From: Bacilli bacterium
GTDB lineage: Bacteria; Bacillota_I; Bacilli_A; RFN20; CAG-826
Direction: 5' to 3'
NCBI GenBank assembly: GCA_045226015.1
Contig: JBGVBY010000004.1
Coordinates: 20,329-84,328 of the forward strand
Length of the DNA stretch: 64,000 nt
Shown here: piece by piece, positions 18,314 to 29,606 of the stretch
How positions within the stretch are numbered: position 1 is the stretch's first letter
How the letters are laid out: each line of letters starts with the position of its first letter
Made by a program: the position numbers and the translations under genes
Notes under the pieces: generated by a model
Seen by the model: the letters and a program-made list of their open reading frames with translations, nothing else
What the model was told of the DNA's origin: nothing
The model's database searches: none

Positions 18314-19801
18314 TTAACGATCTTTCATCATTGGGAAGAGAATTACTTCTCTAATATTTTCTTGGTTGGTAAGAAGCATGACTAAACGGTCAATGCCCAT
18401 TCCAATACCACCCGCTGGAGGCATGCCGTATTCAAGCGCTTCAATGAAATCATTGTCCATTTCATTAGCTTCTTCATCGCCTAATTCCTTGGCAGCAAGT
18501 TGAGCAAGGAATCTTTGTTTTTGATCAAATGGATCATTTAGTTCGGTATACGCATTAGCGAGTTCTTTACCATTAACAAATAATTCAAATCTTTCAGTGA
18601 ATCTTGGGTCCTTTCCTTTTTTAGTTAAAGGAGAAACTTCAATTGGATAAGAATATACAAATGTTGGTTGAATGAGTTCTGCTTCGCAGAATTCTTCAAA
18701 GAATTCATTCATAACATGACCAACAGTGTTTTTATGTTTTTCAAGTTTGATACCTTTTTCATCCGCTAATTTTTTGGCTTCTGCAAAGTCATAAATATTA
18801 CGGAAATCGATACCAGTCTTTTCTAAAATAAGATCCGCCATAGAAACCCATCTGAATGGTTTATGGAAATCGATAACTTTATCTTGATAAGTAACGATAT
18901 CGCTACCAGTAACATCTTTAGCGGCTTTTCTAATCATGCCCTCAGCAAGTTTTCTCATACCTTGAAGGTCACTATATGCTTGATACGCTTCAATAGTAGT
19001 GAATTCTGGATTATGCGTTGCATCCATTCCTTCATTTCTGAATAAACGGCCGATTTCATAAACGCGTTCCATACCACCAACTAATAATCTTTTAAGATTA
19101 AGTTCGGTTGCGATTCTTAAATAGAAATCTTTATCTAAAGCGTTCATATGAGCCACGAATGGTCTAGCATTAGCGCCTCCTAAAATAGGAGAAAGAACAG
19201 CGGTCTCAACTTCAACGAATCCTTGTTCATCAAGGTAAGATTGGATACTTCTAATTAATCTTGGACGAGCAAAGGCAACATTACGGCTCTCATCATTAAC
19301 GATTAAGTCTAAATATCTTCTTCTGCTTCTCTCTTCGATATCCACTAAACCATGGAATTTTTCTGGAAGTGGATGTAAGCACTTTGTTAAGTGAGTGTAT
19401 TTCTCCGCTCTAATGGTGAGTTCACCACTTCTAGTTTTCATGACTCTGCCATAAACCCCAACGATATCTCCGATATCCGCGAGTTTAAAAAGTTCGTAAG
19501 CTTTCTTACCGACAACATCGATGCCCATATAGACTTGAATGTTTCCAGTTTTGTCCTGAATGTTCATAAAAGAGGCTTTGCCCATTCTTCTAATTGCCTT
19601 GATTCTTCCAGCAACAGAAACATATGGTTTGTTTTTCTCTAAAGAATTTGGACTCTTTTTGGAGAAGAGTTTTCTAATATCTTCAGAAGAGTGGCTTACT
19701 TTATAAGCTTTGCCAAATGGATCAACATGAAAAGATTGATATTTTTCAAGTTTCTCTCTTCTAACTAATTCTTGATCATTTAAATTTTGATTATTATCCA
19801 T
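18314..19801 (-). CDS. lysS: Lysine--tRNA ligase (class II)
   Basis: GGANARPF, YLRIATEL, FRNEG, HNPEFT, GIGMGIDR. Start moved to ATG 19801 after GGAGG. Confidence 0.98.
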   Translation of the reverse strand: MDNNQNLNDQELVRREKLEKYQSFHVDPFGKAYKVSHSSEDIRKLFSKKSPNSLEKNKPYVSVAGRIKAIRRMGKASFMNIQDKTGNIQVYMGIDVVGKKAYELFKLADIGDIVGVYGRVMKTRSGELTIRAEKYTHLTKCLHPLPEKFHGLVDIEERSRRRYLDLIVNDESRNVAFARPRLIRSIQSYLDEQGFVEVETAVLSPILGGANARPFVAHMNALDKDFYLRIATELNLKRLLVGGMERVYEIGRLFRNEGMDATHNPEFTTIEAYQAYSDLQGMRKLAEGMIRKAAKDVTGSDIVTYQDKVIDFHKPFRWVSMADLILEKTGIDFRNIYDFAEAKKLADEKGIKLEKHKNTVGHVMNEFFEEFCEAELIQPTFVYSYPIEVSPLTKKGKDPRFTERFELFVNGKELANAYTELNDPFDQKQRFLAQLAAKELGDEEANEMDNDFIEALEYGMPPAGGIGMGIDRLVMLLTNQENIREVILFPMMKDR

Positions 19802-19870
19802 AGATAATGCCTCCAAACATTCTCTAATAGTATATAGAAAAGTTGACTATTAAAAAAGTCAAAAATTACT

Positions 19871-20848
19871 TTATACGCAATTTTCCTTCAAGTAGTCTTC
19901 TAATATATTTTCTAAATCGCTGTATTTGACTAATTCAATGGACAAACGTGACTTAAGTTTTTTGCTATTTTTAAAACCGTCAAAGAACTTAGTAACTATA
20001 CCTCTAGCCACTCTCATTGCGGTTTCCTCGCCCTTCTCTTCAATCAAGAGTTTTGTAAGTTCTTTGCAATAATTAATTTGAGTTAACAAATCTGAAGATT
20101 CCGTCTCTTCATTATTAAAATAATGATTAAGGTTTTTAATTAATAAAGGATTGCCCACTCCGCCTCTAGCAATCATCACGGCGTCTGCGCCTGTAATTTC
20201 CATTGCTTTAATAGCGTCTTCAACAGTGAAAATGTTTCCACTTACCGCTAGAGGAATAGTCATTTCTTTTCTTAAATCTTTCACTAAGTCCCAGTGAGGT
20301 TGACCACCATACATCTCTTTCGCGGTTCTTGGGTGAATTGTTACAAGAGCGGCTCCAGCGTTAGTGACTTCTTTAATCACTTCTTTAAACGTGATGTGAT
20401 CTTTATCAAATCCTAATCTGATTTTTACAGTAATAGGTTTATCAGTAGATTCTTTCATCGCTCTTACGATATCGCCGCAAAGCTTAGGATTATTAAGAAG
20501 AGCGGAACCTGCTCCAGTAGAAGTAACTTTCTTCACTGGGCAGCCCATATTCACATCAAAAAAATCAATATTTGGATTAATACTTTCAGCGAGTTTGACT
20601 GCTTCTTTTAATGTTTCTGGATTACTTCCAAACAGTTGAATACATGTAGGAAGTCCACTCTTTTCAAATTTTAAGTAAGATAAGGTTTCTTTATTTCCAT
20701 AATGTAAACCCATGTCACTAATCATCTCGGTAACCGTGTAGCCTAGACCAAACTGAGACATGAATTTTCTATATCCAAAAGAAGTAATACCCGCCATAGG
20801 AGCAAGAATTACTCTATTATGAATTTCTATGTTTCCTATCTTAAACAT
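19871..20848 (-). CDS. dusB: tRNA-dihydrouridine synthase
   Basis: LAPMAG, QLFG, NMGCP, VKIRLG, IHPRT. The real start is MFKIGN at 20848. Confidence 0.93.
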   Translation of the reverse strand: MFKIGNIEIHNRVILAPMAGITSFGYRKFMSQFGLGYTVTEMISDMGLHYGNKETLSYLKFEKSGLPTCIQLFGSNPETLKEAVKLAESINPNIDFFDVNMGCPVKKVTSTGAGSALLNNPKLCGDIVRAMKESTDKPITVKIRLGFDKDHITFKEVIKEVTNAGAALVTIHPRTAKEMYGGQPHWDLVKDLRKEMTIPLAVSGNIFTVEDAIKAMEITGADAVMIARGGVGNPLLIKNLNHYFNNEETESSDLLTQINYCKELTKLLIEEKGEETAMRVARGIVTKFFDGFKNSKKLKSRLSIELVKYSDLENILEDYLKENCV

Positions 20849-20861
20849 AAGAAAAGGAGAA

Positions 20862-22991
20862 TTATTCTCCTTCCTTTTCTTCCTTCTTGGCTTCAGTTGC
20901 TTTAGCCTTTGAAGGAGCTTTTCTTTTTGGTTTTTCTTCTGCTTTTGGAGCATCTTCTTTTGGTTCATCACCTTTTAAATGACGATGCTCTAAGAGATAA
21001 TCAATCTCTTCTGCAGTAATTTGTTCATGTTCAATTAATGTTTGTGCAATTAATTCAACATCGTCTTTGTATTTACTGATTAACTTCACAGCTTGAGCGT
21101 GAGCGTCATTAATAATCTTAGTGACTTCACTATCAATCTTTTCAGCTGTTGCTAAAGAGAAGTTTTGTTGTGTAGAAGTATAATCTCTTCCTAAGAAGAC
21201 GCTACCAGTATCTCTTTCATATTGGATAGGTCCAAGAGAAGACATACCGAGCTCGGTAACCATCATTCTCGCAATACGAGTTGCCATTTCAATATCATTT
21301 TGAGCGCCACTAGAGACATCATCAAAGAAGACTTCTTCTGCTGATCTACCACCTAAATAGCCAACAATTCGAGCTTCGAGTTCTTTCTTGGTGAGAAGGA
21401 ATCTATCTTCTTCGGGCGTCATGCGGACATGTCCGCCAGTATTACCACGAGGAATAATTGTGATCTTTTGAACTTTATCAGAATGCTCAAGCTTAAGACC
21501 GATGATCGCGTGTCCAGCTTCGTGATGCGCGACAACATCGCGTTCGTGCTTGTTAAGAGCGCGTGATGTTTTAGCAGGTCCGGCAACACGACGATCAATT
21601 GCTTCGTCGATTTCCGCCATAGTAATACAGTCTTTCTTTCTTCTAACTGCTAAAATAGCAGCTTCATTCATGATATTTTCAATATCAGCGCCAGAGAATC
21701 CAACGGTTCTCTTAGCGATTTGAGCAAAATCAACATCCTTATCAAGTTTCTTGTTCTTAGAGTGAACTTTAAAGATTGCTTCTCTACCTTCTCTATCTGG
21801 AAGAGAGACAGTAATCTTTCTATCGAAACGTCCTGCTCTTAAAAGAGCTGGGTCAAGAACGTCATCACGGTTTGTAGCCGCCATAACGATAATACCTGAG
21901 TTATCAGAGAAACCATCCATCTCAACAAGCAATTGATTAAGAGTTTGTTCTCTTTCATCGTTACCACCACCTAAACCAGCGCCTCTTTGTCTACCAACAG
22001 CATCGATTTCATCGATAAACACTAAGCATGGAGCGTTTTGTTTGGCGGTTTTAAACATATCTCTAACTCTACCAGCACCGACACCAACGAACATTTCAAC
22101 GAAGTCAGAACCTGAGATAGAGAAGAAAGGAACACCTGCTTCTCCAGCGACGGCTTTAGCAAGTAAAGTTTTACCAGTACCTGGGCTACCAACTAGGAGA
22201 ATACCTTTAGGTAACTTAGCACCAAATTTTGTATATTTTTGTGGATCTTTGAGATATTCCACAATTTCTTCCATTTCTGCTTTTTCAGCATCACATCCAG
22301 CGACATCATTAAATCTAACTTTAGAGTCTTGTACTCTACGAGCTCTAGATTTATTAAAGTCCATGGCTTGTCTATTAGAACTATTAACAGAGCCAGCAAG
22401 TCTAGAAAATAAGAAGATGACAACAACTGCTGATCCAAGGAGCATTAATAATGTTGGTCCCCATTGATCCCACCATGATGTTTCATAGATATCAATTACA
22501 TTCACATTTTTAGCCAAATTACATTCTGTAATAATGTTTTCTAAGCTAGCGTTTGTAATAGTCAATTTGTTTGTACCAGCATCAATCATTTCTTTGGTGA
22601 CTTTATCCATGTGATAGGTAGTGCCATTTAAAACGACATCAACACTTCTATATAACTCAACACTTACTGTGTAAACATAATCATGACTATTGTAAGTAGC
22701 TTCAAAAACTTCAAATGTATATGCTTTATTAACGCCATCAACATTGATATATGTACCAGTAAAAGTGAGAAGTTCACTACCATCATGTCTAGTAACAGAA
22801 GCGTTTTGAACTCTACCATTTACAAGAGCGGTAACATAAGTGTTTCTATCGATATGATCACTTCTATCGATTCTAGAAACCCATCTATAAACAAAGAAGG
22901 AAATCAATCCAACTGTTAGAGCGATGATAAATATAAAACCAAACGATATTCTTCGTCTTGGTTGAATAGGTGTATTTGAGTTATTGTCCAT
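20862..22991 (-). CDS. ftsH: ATP-dependent zinc metalloprotease FtsH
   Basis: Two TM helices, GSPGTGKT, second region of homology, HEAGH. Confidence 0.98.
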   Translation of the reverse strand: MDNNSNTPIQPRRRISFGFIFIIALTVGLISFFVYRWVSRIDRSDHIDRNTYVTALVNGRVQNASVTRHDGSELLTFTGTYINVDGVNKAYTFEVFEATYNSHDYVYTVSVELYRSVDVVLNGTTYHMDKVTKEMIDAGTNKLTITNASLENIITECNLAKNVNVIDIYETSWWDQWGPTLLMLLGSAVVVIFLFSRLAGSVNSSNRQAMDFNKSRARRVQDSKVRFNDVAGCDAEKAEMEEIVEYLKDPQKYTKFGAKLPKGILLVGSPGTGKTLLAKAVAGEAGVPFFSISGSDFVEMFVGVGAGRVRDMFKTAKQNAPCLVFIDEIDAVGRQRGAGLGGGNDEREQTLNQLLVEMDGFSDNSGIIVMAATNRDDVLDPALLRAGRFDRKITVSLPDREGREAIFKVHSKNKKLDKDVDFAQIAKRTVGFSGADIENIMNEAAILAVRRKKDCITMAEIDEAIDRRVAGPAKTSRALNKHERDVVAHHEAGHAIIGLKLEHSDKVQKITIIPRGNTGGHVRMTPEEDRFLLTKKELEARIVGYLGGRSAEEVFFDDVSSGAQNDIEMATRIARMMVTELGMSSLGPIQYERDTGSVFLGRDYTSTQQNFSLATAEKIDSEVTKIINDAHAQAVKLISKYKDDVELIAQTLIEHEQITAEEIDYLLEHRHLKGDEPKEDAPKAEEKPKRKAPSKAKATEAKKEEKEGE

Positions 22992-23096
22992 GAAGATAAC
23001 CTCCTAACAAAAATATAATAAATAATCAAAATTGATATATTGATTATATTAGTTTTTAACTATATTTCAAAGCAAAACACATTTAATGTGCTTTGA

Positions 23097-24311
23097 TTAA
23101 TATTTTACGTAAAAGTTGGTGTCCTTATTTGGGACAAATTCTTTTTGATATCTAGGAATATATAAAGGATTGCCGTGTTTGTCTAGAATGATTGGCCATA
23201 CAAGTCGACATTCAAGAGGCATTTTCCAATCAATAAATAGACGTCTTGCTTGTACCTTATATCCTTTAATATAGGCAAAGTCTCCAGGTTTGATTTTTCT
23301 AATTGTAATAGGATAGTCATTATTTGATACGTTGCGATTTGATGTGTCTTTAGAAAAATCGGCATAAAAGAATGGGGTGTCTAAAATTGAGGGTTCACCC
23401 ATTGAGTATGAATAATCAATATCTTCTAATTTAATATCAGTAATTTTAAAAGAATCATAAGCACGATAAAGGTACAAGCGTCCTTTAATATGTGTAAAAC
23501 TGTTAGGTTTATCAGATCTTAGAACATTAATGATTTGTCCTACATTTTGCTTAGATAGAAATAATTTTTCATCAATCCGTTTCACTAATAAATTAAGAGC
23601 GTATTTTTGAGTTAATTCATCTAAAGAAAGAATATATTGAACATCATTTATCTTCTCATAATTGATAGATTCTAACAGAGTGGAAATTCTTGAGTTATCA
23701 TGATTGATTTTCGCAATTATTTCTTTTCGCTCTTTATTACTCATTTTAGCGACGATTTCATGACGAATATAGTTACGTTTTATACTAAGATCGAAGTTAC
23801 TTTTATCAATGGAGTAAGGAATATTATTCTTATTGCAAATATCTAACAAATCTTGCTTGCTATAATCTAGTAATGGCCTAATCACTTTAACCCCATTAAT
23901 TCTTGTTTCTCTTTGAATTCCATAAAAAATTGGACAGTTTTGCCTGTTTTTTTGCATTAAATATGTCTCAATTAAGTCATCTTGGTGATGGGCAACTAAT
24001 AAAGAATCAAAGCCATATTGATTAACTAAAACTTTAAAAAAACTGTATCTAATTTCTCGACATCTTGATTCAATGTTTCCGACATATTTTCCCTTATAAT
24101 CAAGAATGTAAACTTTAACGTCTTGTTTATTAGCGAATTCAACAAGACTAGCTACTTCAGAATCGCTCTCTTTTCTTAAGTGATAATTAACTATGGCACA
24201 GTCAAAATTATAGCCTTCTGTTAGTAGCATGTGAAAAAGCGCCATTGAGTCAGGACCAAAGGAACACGCTAATAGGTATTTTTGAGATTTATCAAGGGTT
24301 AACTTGCTCAT
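23097..24311 (-). CDS. tilS: tRNA(Ile)-lysidine synthetase
   Basis: SFGPDS PP-loop variant, [27 protein letters not shown]. Confidence 0.93.
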   Translation of the reverse strand: MSKLTLDKSQKYLLACSFGPDSMALFHMLLTEGYNFDCAIVNYHLRKESDSEVASLVEFANKQDVKVYILDYKGKYVGNIESRCREIRYSFFKVLVNQYGFDSLLVAHHQDDLIETYLMQKNRQNCPIFYGIQRETRINGVKVIRPLLDYSKQDLLDICNKNNIPYSIDKSNFDLSIKRNYIRHEIVAKMSNKERKEIIAKINHDNSRISTLLESINYEKINDVQYILSLDELTQKYALNLLVKRIDEKLFLSKQNVGQIINVLRSDKPNSFTHIKGRLYLYRAYDSFKITDIKLEDIDYSYSMGEPSILDTPFFYADFSKDTSNRNVSNNDYPITIRKIKPGDFAYIKGYKVQARRLFIDWKMPLECRLVWPIILDKHGNPLYIPRYQKEFVPNKDTNFYVKY

Positions 24312-24528
24312 AACTAACCTTTTCTTTTTTACCTACAAGTTCAATTCTAGCGATTATATCAAATTTCTTTTCGCCGAACTTAATATTTAAGGTGTCTCCA
24401 TCTTTGATTTCTCTGCTAGGTTTAGCGGTTTTGCCGTTAACTAACACTAAACCACGGTCACAAAACTCTTTTGCGATCGTTCTACGCTTAATAATACGGC
24501 TTTCTTTAAGAAACAAATCTACTCTCAT
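24292..24528 (-). CDS. rqcP: S4-domain RNA-binding protein (YabO/RqcP-like)
   Basis: [29 protein letters not shown]; between mfd and tilS. Confidence 0.85.
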   Translation of the reverse strand: MRVDLFLKESRIIKRRTIAKEFCDRGLVLVNGKTAKPSREIKDGDTLNIKFGEKKFDIIARIELVGKKEKVSYEQVNP

Positions 24529-27500
24529 GCGACTTCAATCACTTTGTTGGTTTCAATAATTTTCACTAATGATTTTAATATATTCTCAAAATCATTTAAC
24601 CAATTTTGTTTCTTGGTCATTACAATTTTGAATTTATGATTAACATAGCTAACTTTAATAATGGACAGGTATGGAATTAAAGATTCAAACAAAATATTTC
24701 CTATGCCCTTAATACGTACAAAGTTATCACCCAAATTGATTTCTAAATTATACTTACTCTCTTTAACTGTATGAATGTCGCACTCTTTCACCATTAAATC
24801 GATATTACGTTTAATAAATAACTGCTCTACTTCAAGTGGCAACTTTCCATATATATCTCTGGTTTTATTTTTAATATCCATTAGTCTCTCGTGAGTGGAG
24901 CAAGACATAATATCGTGATATAGTTCAATCTTATCGCTATCAGTTGCGTATTCCTTTGGAATATAAGCATCATATTTAACATCTAAATTGAGATTATATT
25001 CTGGAATCTCTTCTTCTTTTTCTTCACCCATCTTTTCTTTAACTGCTTCATTAAGAAGCTTGATATACATATCTAAACCAATCGAATCAATAAATCCAGC
25101 TTGTTCAGGACCAAGAATATCTCCTGCTCCTCTTATCATCAAATCCCTTTGAGCAATACGATATCCACTACCTAAAGCAGTAAATTCTTGTAGTGTTCTT
25201 AGTCTTTTTTGAGCTTCTTCAGTTAAAGCCTTATTACCGTTATACATTAAATAAGCGTATGCGATACGATTTCCACGTCCTACTCGACCTTTAATTTGAT
25301 ATAGTTGCGCTAGTCCGTAATGATCACTATCATCAACAATAATCATATTCGCATTAGGAACGTCAATACCGTTTTCTATGATAGAGGTACACACTAAAAC
25401 TTGAACATCTCCACTATAAAATTTAAGCATCACATCTTCGATGTCGTTCTTATTCATTTTTCCGTGAGCGACAGCAATATTAACATCTGGAAGTTGCTTC
25501 TTTAATCTATTCGCGATTTCATAAATCGTTTCAATATTGTTGTGAAGATAGAATACTTGACCTTCTCTACCTAACTCTCTTTGAATCAGTTCTTTTACTA
25601 TATCCGCTCTAAAAGGAGTGACATAAGTTTGAATAGGCATTCTTTCTGTTGGAGGCGTATTAATTTGACTTAAAGACCTGACTCCTAAAAGCGAAATTTG
25701 TAATGTTCTAGGAATCGGGGTAGCGCTTAAAGTTAAGACATCTACGTTAGTCTTAAGCTCTTTAATCTTTTCTTTTTGTTCAACTCCAAAGCGTTGCTCT
25801 TCATCTACAACCAGTAACCCTAAATCTTTATAAACAATATCTTTAGATAAAAGTCTATGCGTGCCAATAATAATATGGATCTTCCCACTAGCGACGTCCT
25901 TTATATACTCTTTTTGTTTCTTTTCACTAATTAGACGTGAGAATATCGCGATTTTAATATCAAAACCCGCAAAGCGAGACATCGCTACTTCGTAATGTTG
26001 TCTGGCCAATAAAGTGGTTGGACAAAGTAAGGCAACTTGTTTACCGCTATTAATAGCCTTAAACATTGCCCTAAATGCAACCTCTGTCTTTCCAAATCCA
26101 ACATCACCACATAATAGTCTATCCATAGGATATGGTTTTTCCATATCAGCCTTAATATCATTAAGTGAATTAAGTTGATCTTTAGTTAATTCAAAATCGC
26201 AACTATCTTCAAATGCTTTTTGGAATTCATCGTCTTTAGCAAAGCTAAATCCTTCAATTTTACTTCTTTCAACATATAAATTAAGAAGACGATCCGCTAA
26301 ATCGTTAATACGTTTCTTTATCTTCTCTTTTTGCTTTTCCCAATCATTCGTGTGGAGTCTACTTAATCGTGGTCTTATACCTTCTTTACCAATATATTTT
26401 CTTATTAAGTTAAGTTGATTAAGAGGAACGTATAAAATTTCTCCTCCATAATAAGCAATCTTGAGATAGTCTTGATGTTTACCTTGCACTTCTAAAGTAA
26501 CAAGTTCTAAGAATTCTCCTATTCCTTGATATTCATGAACAACATAATCTCCAGGAGTTAAGTCTTCTCCACTTCTAAGAATAGTTGCCTCTTTAAATCT
26601 ATTATCAAATCGAGTAATACGAATCTTATGATTAAAGAGTTCTTTACTGGTTAAATAAACAACCTTTTCATCTTCTAAAATAAAGCCAATAGGAATAGAA
26701 GATAACGCGATACCTACATGTTTTTGATTGGAAAGTGATAGATAGTCCACCATTTCAAATGGAACATTATTAGAGTTAAGAAGATCAATTATATTTTCTA
26801 ATTCTTCTTTGTTCGCTAAAGAGATGTTCACATGATACCCAAGGTTTCGATATAGGTTGATGATGTTTAAAGAATCATTCTCTTTGTTCGTTTCATAAGG
26901 AATATCTTTGCAGTTAAATACAACATCACTTTCATATCTTTGTAAGGATGAGGTATTAATCAAATGTCCACGATTAATGTGAATAGATGAATAATCTTTA
27001 AATAAAGACAAGTCTGATATCGCTCTACCATTTTCAAATAGTTCGTATAAGAATGACGAAGACTCTTCAATTAAGATATTATTTGCTTCTTTAATAGAAT
27101 CGGAGTCAACAATCACAGTATTATAGTTAGAACAATAATCACTTAACGTTTGAGTTGATTGACTTATCTTAGAGAAGTAACGGTATAAATTAGGAGAATA
27201 ATTAAACTCCAGGATATCATAGATATCACTATCGACGACGTTTCTTAAATTCTCAAAATCACTAGGAGATATTCTTGATTTATCTTTTTCTAGTTGAGCA
27301 TGTAATATCTCGCTTGCCTTAAGGGATTCTTCTCCGCTAAATAAGAAATCGTTAGCAGGTAAAATTACTGCTTCTTTTAATTTATCGGTACTTACCTGAT
27401 TAGCGATATCAAAGTATCTAATTGATTCAATCTCATCATCAAATAGTTCGATTCTTATAGGATAATCGTAGTTAACTGAGTAGATATCTAGAATATCTCC

Positions 27501-28010
27501 ACGAGAAGCAAATTGAAGAGATTGATCAATCTTATTAACTTGCGAGTATCCAGCTTTCACAAGCCTCTTTTTAGTGGCAGTTAAATCGATCTTGTCACCA
27601 ACTTTGAATTTAAGGATTGAATTGATAAATGTTTCTTTGTTAGGAAGATAACGAGTAAAAGCAGCGAGATTAGTGATAACGATATCAACGTTATTATTAA
27701 TAATCTCATTCAATGTGTAGATACGGTTAGCCGCCATTTCTTTAGATAACGAAAGATTCTCAGCTCGAATGAGTTCGTCGTTCATAAACAAAGACACATT
27801 AGTGTCAGGTAATAGACTAGAGATTAATGAATATATCTTTTGAGCTTTATATAAATTTGAAGTAACTAATAAATATTTCTGTTTTTCTTCTTTGTATGAA
27901 GCGGCGGTTAATAATGAGATTCCTACTAAATCATTAACGACAAAATGCCCACTTCCAGAAAGGAAGGGGGGTATCGCTTTATTCGTTTTGATTAAATCAA
28001 ATAGATTCGT
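24525..28010 (-). CDS. mfd: Transcription-repair coupling factor, probable non-canonical ACG start at 28010
   Basis: CarD-like domain, [15 protein letters not shown] and TRCF domain. The frame stays open 71 codons upstream of the track's GTG, and AGGAGG lies 7 nt before the ACG. Confidence 0.93.
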   Translation of the reverse strand, partial: TNLFDLIKTNKAIPPFLSGSGHFVVNDLVGISLLTAASYKEEKQKYLLVTSNLYKAQKIYSLISSLLPDTNVSLFMNDELIRAENLSLSKEMAANRIYTLNEIINNNVDIVITNLAAFTRYLPNKETFINSILKFKVGDKIDLTATKKRLVKAGYSQVNKIDQSLQFASRGDILDIYSVNYDYPIRIELFDDEIESIRYFDIANQVSTDKLKEAVILPANDFLFSGEESLKASEILHAQLEKDKSRISPSDFENLRNVVDSDIYDILEFNYSPNLYRYFSKISQSTQTLSDYCSNYNTVIVDSDSIKEANNILIEESSSFLYELFENGRAISDLSLFKDYSSIHINRGHLINTSSLQRYESDVVFNCKDIPYETNKENDSLNIINLYRNLGYHVNISLANKEELENIIDLLNSNNVPFEMVDYLSLSNQKHVGIALSSIPIGFILEDEKVVYLTSKELFNHKIRITRFDNRFKEATILRSGEDLTPGDYVVHEYQGIGEFLELVTLEVQGKHQDYLKIAYYGGEILYVPLNQLNLIRKYIGKEGIRPRLSRLHTNDWEKQKEKIKKRINDLADRLLNLYVERSKIEGFSFAKDDEFQKAFEDSCDFELTKDQLNSLNDIKADMEKPYPMDRLLCGDVGFGKTEVAFRAMFKAINSGKQVALLCPTTLLARQHYEVAMSRFAGFDIKIAIFSRLISEKKQKEYIKDVASGKIHIIIGTHRLLSKDIVYKDLGLLVVDEEQRFGVEQKEKIKELKTNVDVLTLSATPIPRTLQISLLGVRSLSQINTPPTERMPIQTYVTPFRADIVKELIQRELGREGQVFYLHNNIETIYEIANRLKKQLPDVNIAVAHGKMNKNDIEDVMLKFYSGDVQVLVCTSIIENGIDVPNANMIIVDDSDHYGLAQLYQIKGRVGRGNRIAYAYLMYNGNKALTEEAQKRLRTLQEFTALGSGYRIAQRDLMIRGAGDILGPEQAGFIDSIGLDMYIKLLNEAVKEKMGEEKEEEIPEYNLNLDVKYDAYIPKEYATDSDKIELYHDIMSCSTHERLMDIKNKTRDIYGKLPLEVEQLFIKRNIDLMVKECDIHTVKESKYNLEINLGDNFVRIKGIGNILFESLIPYLSIIKVSYVNHKFKIVMTKKQNWLNDFENILKSLVKIIETNKVIEVA

Positions 28011-28021
28011 TAATGATCCTC

Positions 28022-28573
28022 CTAATTGTATTTTGTCATCGCTTTATCGAAATTATCTTTAAGGATATCCTTAAGAGCGTTGCTCGCTTCTACAATTGCT
28101 TCATCAATTAAGACTTTTTCTTCTTTAGTAGGCTTAGAGAGAACATAATCAATCGTGTCATATGTTGGTTCTCCAATACCGACACGAATGCGTTTAATAT
28201 CACTAGTACCTAATTGATCAATGATATTTTGCATGCCTTTATGTCCACCGCTAGAACCTGATGGTCTAAGTCTAATCTTCCCTGGTGGCAAAGCCATGTC
28301 GTCAAAAACAACAATAATATCATCAATGTTGACTTTGAAATATGAAACAAATTCTCTAACCGATTCTCCAGAAAGGTTCATAAAAGTTTGGGGCTTAAGT
28401 AAATAAACATCCTCGTCAAACACTTTTCCACGTCCCACTAATCCTTTAAAAGATTCTTTATCAATATCAATTTGAGCGAGTTCACTAAAAAGATCGACAA
28501 CATCAAATCCCATGTTGTGTCGAGTGTGTTCATATTTACGACCCGGATTACCTAAACCAACAATCAATTTCAT
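28022..28573 (-). CDS. pth: Peptidyl-tRNA hydrolase
   Basis: GLGNPG, TRHNMG, KPQTFMNLSG, GGHKG. Confidence 0.97.
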   Translation of the reverse strand: MKLIVGLGNPGRKYEHTRHNMGFDVVDLFSELAQIDIDKESFKGLVGRGKVFDEDVYLLKPQTFMNLSGESVREFVSYFKVNIDDIIVVFDDMALPPGKIRLRPSGSSGGHKGMQNIIDQLGTSDIKRIRVGIGEPTYDTIDYVLSKPTKEEKVLIDEAIVEASNALKDILKDNFDKAMTKYN

Positions 28574-28654
28574 AACGTATATATGATATATTTTCTTTTT
28601 TTGTAAATCAAAAGAAGAAATGAGTATATACTATTTATGGTTTAGGAAACAAAT

Positions 28655-29587
28655 ATGAAAGATTGGCTTAAAAGATTACTAGCAGGTATGGGAATTGGAG
28701 TTGGAAGCGCTGTCCCAGGTGTTTCTGGTGGCACCATTGCCGTTATTTTAAAAATCTATGAAAAGATGATGTGGGCTATTTCCAATCTTTTCAAGAAATT
28801 CAAAGAAGCATTTATCTATCTTCTCCCTATATTAATCGGAGTCATTCTTGCATTAATCCCCACTATCTATTTAATGCATAAATCTTTAAACGGGTTCACA
28901 TTTGGAATCGTTTGTGTATTCGCAGGTTTCATTATCGGAAGTTTTCCTTCTGTTAAAGACGAAGTTAAAGGTGAGCCAGTAAAAAAGAGCTATATCATCG
29001 CCTTAGTAATCGCTCTTATCATTGCAGTTCTTTTAGGTATAGGCAGTGTCCTTATCAAAGCTGATGTTACCAGCATGTTAGAATCACCAAAATGGTGGAT
29101 GTATTTAGTCTTAATTTTAGTAGGTTTTGTAGCCTCAATTGCTCTAGTTGTTCCAGGCATTTCTGGAGGAATGATTTTACTCTTAATTGGATTCTATAAA
29201 CCATTGATAGACACAACAATTTATAAAATTAAAGCCGGTTTTGACGGAAATTGGACAGGAATTGGCACACAAATCGGTATTTTAGCATGTTTTGGAATTG
29301 GAGTTATTATCGGCTTTTTTGTGATCTCAAAAATCATGAATTTCTTATTACAAAAATATCGACTCATTACCTTCTATTCAATCATTGGTTTTATTATCGG
29401 AAGCCTTATCGCTTTGTTCTATAATTTTGAGATTGTTCAACACTATGAAATGTGGCAAAGAGGCGAATACATTTCCGTGCCATATTATTTTGAAATACCA
29501 ATTGGAATTGGATTATTAGTTATCGCTTGTGCGTTAGCGTATTACTTAGTGATATTACAAAGAAGAAATAAAGAAGGAACGAATTAA
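28655..29587 (+). CDS. DUF368 family membrane protein (putative polyprenyl-phosphate translocase)
   Basis: Duplicated VPGVSGGT / VPGISGG motifs and multiple TM helices. Confidence 0.88.
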   Translation: MKDWLKRLLAGMGIGVGSAVPGVSGGTIAVILKIYEKMMWAISNLFKKFKEAFIYLLPILIGVILALIPTIYLMHKSLNGFTFGIVCVFAGFIIGSFPSVKDEVKGEPVKKSYIIALVIALIIAVLLGIGSVLIKADVTSMLESPKWWMYLVLILVGFVASIALVVPGISGGMILLLIGFYKPLIDTTIYKIKAGFDGNWTGIGTQIGILACFGIGVIIGFFVISKIMNFLLQKYRLITFYSIIGFIIGSLIALFYNFEIVQHYEMWQRGEYISVPYYFEIPIGIGLLVIACALAYYLVILQRRNKEGTN

Positions 29588-29606
29588 TTCATCGTTCCTT
29601 TTCTTT
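29570..29606. terminator. Bidirectional terminator between convergent genes
   Basis: AAGGAACGA..TCGTTCCTT, flanked by A-rich and T-rich tails. Confidence 0.6.

Noticed and set aside
27798-28010. Frameshift or pseudogene at the mfd 5' end
   Set aside because: The reading frame is continuous; only a canonical start codon is missing.
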